Shown here one piece after another: positions 43,415 through 55,881 of a stretch of DNA of 64,000 nucleotides. The position numbers and the translations under genes were made by a program. The stretch lies in the NCBI RefSeq assembly GCF_018350175.1, contig NC_058368.1, positions 105,526,001 to 105,590,000 of the forward strand, written 5' to 3'. Positions within the stretch are counted from its first letter, which is position 1. Every line of letters begins with the position of its first letter. This DNA comes from Felis catus. Taxonomy: Eukaryota. The notes under the pieces are model-generated. The model saw only the letters and a program-made list of their open reading frames with translations, was not told where the DNA came from and ran no database searches.

Positions 43415-43540
43415 AAGAATTATTGTCTTCACAAGAGAAATCTCCCGGTGTCAAGGATGTGGTACTAAGTATGGAGTACAGTAAAAAATCGGATTTAGAT
43501 ACCTCCAAGCCATCCGATGAGAAAAGTGTTACACACAAAG
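43415..43540 (+). CDS. SLC12A2: NKCC1 exon 20, 126 nt
   Basis: ccgtag|AAGAAT...ACAAAG|gtaatt; (E)[41 protein letters not shown]. Confidence 0.95.
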
Positions 43541-46352
43541 GTAATTTTTATTCAGACAAGAAATGTTATTAATGGTAATGTTTACTTTGGGGAGAAATGG
43601 TTTTTATTATATAACATGTCTTATTAAGTAACCCATTCTCTCATTTGTACTGTTCATTTCTAGTAGATGAGGTAAAATGGATGGCTACAACATGATTAGC
43701 TATTTTTAAAATACTAAAGTCGATCGTAGAACAGAAGCCATGCCAGTTAATTATACACTACACTAATACCTGCTTGTATATTTTTATATATGCTTTAAAT
43801 GAAACAATTTAATTTAAAGCCTAGGTTAAATCTGAACTTGGAAAGTAACATGGTAATTTTAGAGTAATGTGATAGAGCATAAGATAACCCTGGAAGAAAT
43901 GAAGTTGACCACAAATCTACATAATTTTTTTGTAAATCCAGATATTGAAATACCAGGGATTTTGTTTATGTGCTGACATATTTAGAATACTTTTTACATC
44001 TACTGCACCTGGAGTTGTTGAGGTAAAACCATGTAATAAAAAATCACATGCAGTTGTATTCCTCACTTAGTCTCTGAAGGAACATGCTATTGGTGTTTGG
44101 TTACTGAACTGTTTGGCCATAATTGCACACCTACTACCCCTGGTGGCCCATGTGGTTCAGGCCACACAAAGGTCTCCAAATCTCCTGAGACGCTGAGATA
44201 ATTTCATCCATAAATCTGTGTCATGTTTACAAGACGGAAAGAGGGATGACTTCCAAATCTTACTCTCCCGCCCTCACTCTCCTACCTCTGTTCAGTCAGT
44301 ATCTCCATCTGTCCTGGTCCCAGCTGGCACGCAACAAGAAAAATCTGCACTGTAAATCATCAAACCATATCATGCTTTTTTGATTCCTATCAAAGAATTA
44401 CCATTCTTTTTCTGAAATTGATCACTTTGGACAAATCCTGTCGCTGTGAAATCGATCTTTCCCAGATTACGTAGAAGCACTGCTGTTACTTGATATTTCT
44501 TTGCTCCTTAGTTACATTGGCTGCTCAGAGTAGTGGTAGTTGAGGCTTTAGTTGAGACCCATTTTCCCTTTAAGTTCTTTGCTGGCTTGATTATAATTTG
44601 TTTCCTGTTTCATCTCAAAACTCTATGAAAGATTTTTAAAACTGCTTTTAATGTTCCTGCATTTACTTTTAGTTTATGGTATACATGCTCTCATTTTCTC
44701 TTTTTATTTTTGTTATCATTTTCTTTTTCCTAAAACCGATCCTTTCTTTACTGAATCTGTTAGGAATTGATAGGTAAAACTATGATGGGAAAGGAAGAAG
44801 TAATAGTCATCAAGCATCTACTCTGTGCCTTTCACATTGCAGTAGGTGTTTTCTACACATTAGCTCATTGGGAAGCTTGGGAAGTCATTATTTTTAGAGT
44901 AGGAACCTGGGGTGAGTACATACCTGCTCACCTTTTTATTTTGAAAATGTCAATAGCTTTATTACCTTCAGATACCTTTAAATATCTTAGTGTAAATTAT
45001 TTTTTAAGTGTCAGGATTTCCTTAACATTTTTTGAGCTCTCTGAAATAAATACACCATGTCCGCATTTATATTTATAATTGTTATTTTTACTATCATCAA
45101 AGACAGTATCAAATATCTATAAGAACAGTAATACATAATCCTATAAAATTAAATGTAATAATTGAAATGTTCCCTAAGAGGCATAAGAAATTAGCATTCA
45201 AAAATAGCATTAATTTTATTTTGTGTTTATTTTCTATGTAGCCAGTTATTTTCAAAATTAACATAGAAACTATAGAAAAGTTTATATAATTTAAAGGTGT
45301 TCAGAATTAGAAACATTCTTGTGTAGTCACCGTATAATTATAGGTGTTCGGTATGTCTTTCTTGGTTACTGTGGCACACAGCATGCAAGAGGACAGAAAG
45401 AGTGCCCTTTGAATACTTACTTTGTGCTAGGCACTGAGCTAAGGTCTTTAATGCTTGCAGCATAATGATCTGAAGAGGTATGTATTGTTCACCCTTTTAC
45501 TAACAAGGAAAGTGAGGAGTTAACTAACCATTTCAAGCTGACGCAGCCAGGAGAAGCGTTAGAGGGAATCCTGGAATCCTGGAATCCTGGGAGCCACTTG
45601 ACTCCAGAGCAGTGTACTCTTCCCTGTCCGGGTCCGGAGTTTTACATGCCTCAGACACCTCACATGAGCTTATCTGAAGAAGAACCTGAGATTAGCAAAA
45701 CTGTTAACCCCAAGAAAATACTTAAAGATACCTGAATACAGATGGACCAGTACATGCATACAAACATATATACATGTATATATATGCTTACGTTTTATAT
45801 ATCAATTGATGTATATATGTGTAAATAGTATTTTATATAAACCAAAAGACTCTGTCTCTGATCAAATTCCTTCCTGTTTCAAGTGGTGATTAGTTTTTAC
45901 CAGGACCGGATATCCATTAAACGTTTCTAAAAGTAACTTTTCAGTCATTTGCCCAGTGATGCAGTGGCAGTGTTTAAAATTCATGTGTTATCTGCAGTGT
46001 CAGTTTTTAACGTCCTACTTCAATTCTATAAGCCATAGTTGAAATTCTTTTCAACTGATTTCAAGTATGAACATTTACAAGCTTAAAAATCGTGTTCCAG
46101 TTTTTGTCAGTTTTACAGGAATACAATGTAGGGGTGAGCGTTCATCAGTAGCCCTGTTGGAGGGGTCTAAAATATGTTTGCTTTTAAAACTCCTCAACAC
46201 TCAGTGTAGAAGATATCTATTTTCAGTCTTGATTATTTTTCACAGACTGTCTCATCATACTATGCTCTGTTTATAAATGTGCTCTATTTACATTTTCATT
46301 ATTAATATAAAGACAATTAACTTATATTTTGTGTTTTTTAAACATAATCTAG

Positions 46353-46400
46353 ATGAGGAAGAGGATGGCAAGACTCCAACTCAACCACTGTTGAAAAAAG
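46353..46400 (+). CDS. SLC12A2: NKCC1 alternative exon 21, 48 nt (included in NKCC1a, skipped in NKCC1b)
   Basis: atctag|ATGAGG...AAAAAG|gcaggc; (D)EEEDGKTPTQPLLKK; symmetric phase 1-1; contains the dileucine motif; non-canonical GC donor. Confidence 0.95.
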
Positions 46401-47397
46401 GCAGGCATTTTTCATCATTTTGTTTTAATCCCCTTTTTTCATACTGTTAACTCTTTAATTCCAACTTTGCTATTTTCTTTTTTTACCTTAGTTTTTATTT
46501 CCATGGCAAGGTGATGCTACAGTTATTTATTGAATGCAGATTAGAAACATTATCTTTAGTCCAACTAAAAAGTATAAGTCATCCCAGGGAAAGGGAGTAT
46601 ATCAAAGGCAAATTATTTTAAATCATCATAGCATTTCTGAAATACTCAAACCTTGACTGTCAATACCAGTTTCTTATTTTAAACTGCATGGTTTAGGTGC
46701 TAAACAGAGACACTGAAATGGGTCTCTTTGCCAGTGTCACTTGCATTCTTTACCATCAGGTGTACCAAGCCAAGCCCTTAATTTTGATACTAATATATTT
46801 TTCATTTCAAAAATTACAATATTTCTCACAGCCCTGCTGCGTTTGGGAGATACACAGTCATGTCCCCGGGCATGACTTTTATGAGAAGGAGATAGAGGTG
46901 AGAGTTACGGAGCAGTGTGGTTTGGCAGCCATATTATGTCATCATGCACAATCATTCATCATGTTTGCGTGTATCATGGCAGCATGAGAAGTGAATGACA
47001 GACATCCTGCAGAAACAATCAGATTTCCTCCTGTGGATTCCTGCTTTTAAAAATTTGCTGTAGGAGTCTCATAATAGTCATTTGCTTGCTCATAGAGTCA
47101 GTGCTGAGTTTTTTGTTTTTTTTTTTTTTTTTAAGTTTTTGAGTTTTTAATTCCTGGGAATATGGGAACTTCCTTGGTATATTGCTCTTTAGATCTGCAG
47201 CACGTGCTGCCCTCCAAGGAGTTCTACCATCTTTCTGTGCCTCAGAGAAAGATGTGTGGTTATATGGCTTTAGCTTTTTGCATCACAAACCAACGGGTCA
47301 AGTTAGGTAAAGATGAGGGTGTTCTTGCTTAGACTCAGAGGTTTCACTGTGATAATTGTTAGATTGTATTCATTCGTCTTCCACTTCCCTCTGTCTT

Positions 47398-47481
47398 TTA
47401 TATTAATGATGACATTTTATGTAAAATAATTTTTTGATCTTATATTAATGATGACATTTTATGTAAAATAATTTTTTGATC
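47398..47481. repeat. Perfect 42-bp tandem duplication (2 copies)
   Basis: ttatattaatgatgacattttatgtaaaataattttttgatc repeated at 47398-47439 and 47440-47481. Confidence 0.97.
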
Positions 47482-47754
47482 TTTAAATTACTGAGGAAAA
47501 AGATTACAAAAGTGATACGTTCATGGAATAGGCATAAGCCTCATTTGTCCAGTTAGCGTAAAACAACTTCTCAAAAATTAAAATCTAGCAGTCAATTATA
47601 ATATTCTTGATTGGTATTGGTATTCATGCTTCTCTTTCATTAAGAATGCTTCAAAATATTAGAAATTAGGCAAGATAATTTGGATGAGTTAAGCTGTTGT
47701 AAAGATGTATTTGTGAACGTCTTTCAAAAGTACATTTAAATTATAAACCACTGA

Positions 47755-48084
<330 letters not shown>

Positions 48085-49397
48085 TAGTACTAAGAAATGA
48101 CGTGTCCTTTTCATCCCTAGACCCCTTTCCAGTTTTGTCAACATTCCTCAAAGCACCAGGATTAGTTTCAGAATCAGGTGTTGCACTTAACTGTTACCTC
48201 TTCAGTGCCCTTCACTTTGCAAGTTGCCTACTTCTTGAGCTCATGACCTTAATATTTTTTGGTTTTTGTTGTGTTTTTTTTTTAATCGACCAGTCTGAGA
48301 ATTTCACTAGATTTGAAGTACCATTTAATCTTTTGTCATAATTAGTTTACATTATGTAGGTTTTTGGTAGAACCATTACAGAAGTGACGCTATGCTCTTC
48401 TGTCTATATCTCAAGTGGGACATGATGTTTGTTTTGGCTCATGACTGGTGAAGTTAGCTTTGACCATTGAGTAAGGTGGTTTTCACTAGATTTTTAGAAT
48501 GAAAAGTTACCGTTTCCCCTTTTTAATTACACATATTAGTGGATGGGGATTTACTTTTGGATTAGGTAAATATACCATCATTTCTACAACTTTTACCACC
48601 ATCTTTAGCGTCCTTTGATACTTTGGCCTGCTCTTATCATTGGTGTGGTGTGTTTGTGGTTACCAAATGGTGATTTTCGAATCCTGTTATTTCTTCCTCT
48701 TAGTTGGCTTCTTACTGTAAGGAAGAGCTTTCTCTTTTTTTCTATCTTTGTGAACTCATAGACTGTATTCAGTGTGAGATGATTTGTCATTCTCATTATT
48801 TGTTTTGATGTTCAGATCGTTTCCATATTTGGCCAGCAAGATCCTCTGTAGTCTGACTTGTGTGTCCATTTGTTATTTCCCAATCATAAGATGTTCCAGA
48901 CTTACTTTTGTACTTTGCCTGTACCAGCCATTGAGTCACCTTTTACCCGAGGAACGCTGACTGCTCTTAGTGGAGAATGGTATATAGAAACAAAGATACT
49001 CTTGTTGCCACTGCAGTGTCACTGCTCCCAGGCCCTCTCAGTAGACGGGTCTCAGAAACTTACCATAGATATGTTAGTACATGTAAGTATAGATTGAACA
49101 CCCATTCCAGTTTAAATACTGCAGGGTTTAATCCAGCTTCTTCCTTCTTGGAGTTCTCATTTGAGAGAGAAACCTGGCTCCCACTAGGTTCAGTGAAGAC
49201 ACTCAGTTCCTCAGTCCTCCTGTATGTGACTAACCTCCCAGTTCCATTGGGCTTCCCTCCTTGTTCAGGCCTACCTCATGGCTTTCTGTCTGAATTATTA
49301 AGGAAGAACAGATAGAAAAATATTGTTTAATGCAGAGTTGTAGCAGACATTCTTTTAGAGATTAAATTGAATTAAAAGGTCTTAATTGAGAAATTAG

Positions 49398-49547
<150 letters not shown>

Positions 49548-51002
49548 TAAGTGTATTTAAATGGAAGAGCGTTAATCTAGCCATAGTTCACTATTACAGT
49601 ATATTTGATAGTATAAAAAAGACACAGTCCAGAAAATGTCAGTCAGGTTGTCCTATACTGAAGCTGAAAATCTTGTTAAACAACTAAAACCTCATTCTCT
49701 TTAATTTAATCTTTATGTTTAAGTTGTAGATAGTTCATTTTACTGATTCCTAATATTTTTTCATATATTGACATTTTAGAAAGTCTTTGTTAAAGATTTG
49801 CAGCATTTAAATGTTAGGCATGTAAAAAATCAGTGGATGTGCCTCCAAATCACATATTCCCGTGTGAGATACATTCCGTAGACTTGAAGACAACAGAAAT
49901 GAAGGATGCCGTGGTCATCCCTTGTCTTACTCCCGCTGTACTGTCCCCATTCTATTTCTGGTTGAGTGATTTGCTACATACCCCACATCTCGTCCCTGAC
50001 CTTTTCAGCACACACTATACACTCTTCTCTTGAGTTCACGTTTGAAAAGTAGAGCTCTGATTATAAGATGTCTCTACCCAAATACTTGGAATTTCCTCTC
50101 TGTTACATTCCATAGAAAGTCTGTGCTAAAATATGACAAAGCCCAAACGCTCTGTCCTGTTCTCCACACTGTGTCTTACCCCTCACTGTGGTGCGCACTG
50201 GTGCACCTGCCCTGAATACATGCTGTCTCAGGCTTGTACCCCTCTCTGCTCTCATCTCTACTGTAAACAGCTACTCTCTTGAAACACTCCAGACTTTGAG
50301 GTCCAGCATTGCCGTCACTTTCTTTGTGACACTTGCCCTAATGTGTTTTATTTTTATACCATTGTCTCTCCATTAGTTGTTACCCTTCCTTCCTCAGTAA
50401 CGGTATACTTGGTATCACTCGCTGCATTCTAGGTACTGTATTAATTTATTTTTGTATCTTTGATTTGAGTTTCGTGGGCCCAGTGACACATAGCAGGCAC
50501 TTAATAGATCTACACTGGAATTCAACTAAATGTCGAGTCATCTCACATAGTGAATTATGCAAGAAATACTAGAAATAATTCAAAAGTTAAACCTGGAGCG
50601 AGTCTGTTTTCTAATGTCTTAATTTAGAAAACTCTGTTTTCTTAAAAATAGAATCCCTTTGTGCTGACAGCTTTTCCTTTGCGTTTTTTTCCACTTTTTT
50701 GTTGGTGCCACCAAGGTTTCCTTGCCATCTATGCCTCTGAAAAGGTATTTCTTTACTGAAAAGTCAGAGGCTTGTTGGAGCTTCTTTTTCATGTCTGTCC
50801 CAGTCCCCCTCCCCCTCAAAAATGCTGTGAACTTGATCTGCCATTAGTTACAGCTTTTGATGGCCCCCAAAAGTCCTGTTTGGGTCTTGAGATAGGCATT
50901 CTTCCTGGATGGAAGAAGAATCGAAAAATAATTAAACTTAACAACTGTTTACTAGTTTTTGCGGAAATCCATATAGTCACCAATATAATCTGTCTAAAAA
51001 AA

Positions 51003-51215
51003 GTTTTAACTGAAGTACAGTTGACATATATAGTTATGTTGGTTTCAGGCGGGCAACATAGTGATTCCATATCTCTTTATGTCATGCTCACCACAGGATT
51101 GCTACCATCTGTCCCTGTACAGCGCTATGAAAATACCATTGACTATATTCCCCAGGCTGTACCTTTCATCTTCGTGACTTGTTCATTCTGTAACTGAAAG
51201 CCTGTATCTCTGACT
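51003..51215 (-). mobile_element. L1 3' end fragment (L1MA9/L1_Carn-like)
   Basis: tgaagtacagttgacata...ggtttcagg...caacatagtgatt...ttgactatattcccc...taactgaaagcctgta. Confidence 0.75.
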
Positions 51216-51474
51216 CCTTGTGACAAAAATTAATTTAAAAACTAGTTGCCTTCCAAATTTCATTATTACTGTCTTTCCATTCATGATTGGATACTAAGGA
51301 GCGATTCAGAGAAAGTGAAAGAATATAACCGGAGTCTCTACTCAGGGAATTTTGAGTTCTACTCAGTTGAATGTACGGTGTGAACTAACACAGATGAACT
51401 TTATTCGGCACCTGATACGGTTTTCCTATAAATGATGCTTTTCAGATACAGTGATGCAGCCTGAAATGGAATAA

Positions 51475-51615
<141 letters not shown>

Positions 51616-52771
51616 TAAGTTCTTGGATAAATTACTCTGTATAGATAACTGATTCTTTTATGGATGACCTAGTCACATATTCCAGTAACAGATCATTCAA
51701 CTTTAATTACCTGGAGGTTTTACCTGCTGTTAGCATGTGAAGTCAACTTTTTTAAATCTGGTACTGACAGTTGGCATGCCTGTAGCTGTTACTAAAGTAA
51801 GTGTAAGGGCTTTCAGTTTTCAGAGAATTCAGTTAGTGCTTTACAAGTAATTTCTGAAAATCCTAATGCCACAGAAATTCCACAAGGTTCTTTGAATTTC
51901 CACTGTTCATGCCTATATTCATTACCACCACTCACTCAATTCCTACTCCACATTATATATTACTTTTCACTGTTTTGCCTTATTAGTAAAATAGGAGAAT
52001 CAAAAATTAGCCTATAATAGTTGCAATCAGAATTCTCAAGGGTCAAGGGAAAGTATACTCATGGAATAATCTACCTGAAAATGGTACCTAGAGATTGTTA
52101 TAATAATATGTATATTTATGTTACCAGGCATAATTTTAATTATTCTCAAGTAAATTGTTGAATAAATGATGAAGCTGGTTTAAAGAATTTATCTTAAATA
52201 GAAAATAATAAGGTATACTTTGTAAGCTTATAATCAGGGAAGGATTTGTTTCCTTTTATAAAACAATATATGCCAGGAACTTTGTATGAAACTTGATACT
52301 GAAAAATATTTTTCACATTCATAGGGGATTAGAGTGTTTATGTTCTTTTACTGTCTCTTATCCTATTAAATTATCTTTGTATCTAGAGATTAATTGTGCA
52401 TCTTCTTAAATGTTAAGTATCTGTGTGTTCCTCCCTTCAGAATATTCTAGTACCTTTTCTCCTACTGCTCCTTTCATTCAGTGGTACTTGAACTAGGAAA
52501 GGTTTTGAATATTTTGAGTAAAGGAACAACACAATTTGACGTATTGCTCAAAAGGATCATTTTAGCTACGGTGATGGAAATGTATGTAGGTTGACGGGGG
52601 GGTGGGCATAGGAGCAGGGAGTAGATACAGAGAGATCATTGTTAGCAGTTCAAATTACAATTCTGTTATTGTGAATATGGTTCTAAATCTCTAATCACTT
52701 TGAGAAACTAGAGATGGCTGTTTTCTGAATAAGTTGCCAAAGAGATGGTTATAATTAGGGTGTGGAAGTGA

Positions 52772-53056
<285 letters not shown>

Positions 53057-53319
53057 TAAAATACGTTAAAATCGAAGTGTCAAGAACTATAATTTGTTAC
53101 GGGAGGAACCAGTCTTGTAAATTCAGTCTCCTCTAAGTTGGATCTGTATGTGAACAGTGTGTGTAAATCATTAGGTCTTTTTTAAACTAGGGAACAGAGA
53201 CTTTTATTACACCATAATTATTTTGGTTTCTTTTTGCTTACTTCTGTACAGTTCTATGAACCACACTAGATTCCACTTTTCCAATGGTCTAGGAATGACT
53301 TTGTCTTATTTCCTTTCAG

Positions 53320-53387
53320 ACCTATCGGCAGATAAGGTTAAATGAATTACTAAAGGAACATTCAAGTACAGCTAATATCATTGTCAT
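53320..53387 (+). CDS. SLC12A2: NKCC1 exon 26, 68 nt
   Basis: tttcag|ACCTAT...TGTCAT|gtaagt; [22 protein letters not shown](M). Confidence 0.98.
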
Positions 53388-53750
53388 GTAAGTAATGTCT
53401 ATACTAAGATTTTCTTCGGTATTCATTTTATGATAATGCGATTAGGATTAATTGCCATACCAAGTACATACGTATATATTTCCCAGTAATGATCTAGTGG
53501 TTATAAGTAGGAAAAACAAACTTTTGTTAATATACTTCAAGCATACGGAAAAATCACTTAAGGTAGGAGGAAGAAAAGCAAAAATCTTAAGCTTATATGA
53601 ATCTAAGTAATTCTTTACCACAATAGTTTATTATGGAATGTTTCCTTTCTTCTTTTTCCCACCTTTTAAAAACTCCTTGGCTTTGAGGACACTCCATCAT
53701 ATGTGGGGTATGAGGACCTCAAGTTAAACTTTGGACCCTGAGGTGGTGGA

Positions 53751-54032
53751 GGGCACCTGGCTGGCTGAGTCTGTAGAGCGTGCCTTTCTTGATCTGGGGT
53801 TGTGAGTTTGAGTGTGACATTGAGGGGTGGATTGTACTGACTTAAAATAATTTTTTTTTTTTTTTTTCTGAGAAAGAGAGGGCACAAGTAAGCACGGGGC
53901 AGAGAGAGAAGCCCAGCTCACCTGAAACGGCACTCAAGCTCATCTGATGCCAGACTTAACTCACGAACTGTGAGATCATGACCTGAGCCAAAGTCAGATG
54001 TTTAATGAATGACTGAGCCACCCAAGCACCCC
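53751..54032. mobile_element. Two tail-to-tail SINEs: short + copy (53751-53850) and - copy (53851-54032)
   Basis: gggcacctggctggctgag head on +; T tract and ...gagccacccaagcacccc on -. Confidence 0.85.
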
Positions 54033-54172
54033 TCCAAATCAGTTTTTTACTATTAAACTTGCCTTAGATTTTTAAAAAATCTTAAAAAAAAAATTGTAGA
54101 CCCCAGGCAGCATCCTCATAAAAATAACACCATAAAGTTACCTTGGGGGTTTAATGTAAAAAGTGGTTTCTG

Positions 54173-54399
54173 GGGGCGCCTGGGTGGCGCAGTCGGTTAA
54201 GAGTCCGACTTCAGCCAGGTCACGATCTCGCAGTCCGTGAGTTCGAGCCCCGCGTCAGGCTCTGGGCTGATGGCTCGGAGCCTGGAGCCTGTTTCCGATT
54301 CTGTGTCTCCTTCTCTCTCTACCCCTCCCCCGTTCATGCTCTGTCTCTCTCTGCCCCAAAAATAAAAAAATAAAAAAAAAAAAAACATTGAAAAAAAAA
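54173..54399 (+). mobile_element. Young felid Can-SINE (SINEC_Fc-type)
   Basis: Perfect 15-bp TSD aaaaagtggtttctg (54158-54172 and 54400-54414). Confidence 0.96.
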
Positions 54400-54832
54400 A
54401 AAAAGTGGTTTCTGTCTGAATCTGCTCCCCCAGTTTTCCACACACAAACTTTACATACAGACACTCTGTCCTTGCATTGAATATAGGTGTTAATGCTCTC
54501 TAGCTTTTTTTTTTTTTTCCTCACTAAATCAGATTCGGTAGGTATTACTTGAACCTGAATTTTCTGTCATGGAGCCTGGGTCCTTCAATAGGCTAAAAAA
54601 AAAAAAAAAGCTCAGTCCTCCAAAAACATCCCAAATGATGAAATAAAATAATACTAGAGAAATGTTGTTTTGATTAACAAAAAAACAATACCCAGAAGAT
54701 TTCAAGTTTTGCTGCTAATGATCACATACTGTAATGGAATATGCTAAAACAGAAGTCTAGAGAGAAACAGTTGATAAGGCAACTGGTGACTACTACCACT
54801 ATCTACAAATAGGAATGAAAGACCAGACAATT

Positions 54833-55012
54833 GAGTGGCTCAGTCCATTGAGTGACTTCAGCTCAGGTCATGATCTCATGGTTCATGTGTTCGGGCCCTG
54901 TGTTGGGCTCACCGCTGTCAGTCAGGATCCTGCTTCAACTCCTCTGTCCCCTTCTCTCACTGTCCCTCACCTACTCGCACTTTCTCTCTCAAAAATAAAC
55001 ACTAAGAAAATA
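54833..55012 (+). mobile_element. Can-SINE (older, 5'-eroded)
   Basis: gtggctcagtc...gacttcagctcaggtcatgatctc; degenerate TSD aatgaaagaccagacaa / aatgaaagcccagagaa. Confidence 0.88.
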
Positions 55013-55367
55013 AATGAAAGCCCAGAGAAATAAGAGAAGTTGAAAATTAATACATAGAATTAATTATGTTTCAGTTTTGTTTATCCATGTGTAGTTTCTG
55101 CTTTCACAATTCAGATAGAAACAGCCCTTTCTCCTAAAAGAATTCTGTCCTTAATGAAGAAGGGAAAATGTGAAGTTTAGCGTTAGATATAAAATGTGCT
55201 ACAGTTGATAGAAATACTTATTTCTATTCTTACAGATAAATTTTAAAAATCTTTTGTTCAGACATGTGAAAGGGAGAATAGTGATCTATGAGTATAGTCA
55301 TTGTTACGCTATGTTCAGAATTTGCCACACTCAAAAACAATGTGTAACTAACCAAAGTAATTTTTAG

Positions 55368-55598
<231 letters not shown>

Positions 55599-55875
55599 GT
55601 GTTCCGACACAGTGGACAGCCCTCCAGATGGTACTTTAGTGCCCAGTGGAGTAACTGAAATCTTCAATGACACATTAACATCACAATGGCGAACTGTGAC
55701 TTTTCTTTCACTATTTCATTAATTTGAAAGCACACAGGGAAGTTGCTCCATTGATCCGTGTATGGAGACTTCAGTTTTAGTCAAGTCTGTATTTCAATCT
55801 GAATGAATGATGATGATTCCTTGTTGCTGGACTGAAGCTCATGAGAGTAAAGTTTTCCTTTGCTACTTGAATAGC

Positions 55876-55881
55876 AATAAA
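55876..55881 (+). terminator. Candidate proximal polyadenylation signal AATAAA
   Basis: AATAAA followed by GT/T-rich gtgtgttattttttgatt; further AATAAA at 56266, 57884 and 58017. Confidence 0.4.

Noticed and set aside
45565..45588. (GGAATCCT)x3 repeat
   Set aside because: Short slippage repeat inside a degenerate MIR-like element; not a CRISPR or satellite array.
46697..46987. 96-aa ORF spanning the candidate cryptic exon as an in-frame protein insert
   Set aside because: This ORF is in a different frame from NKCC1; in the phase-1 frame required by exons 20/21 the segment hits TGA at 46873.
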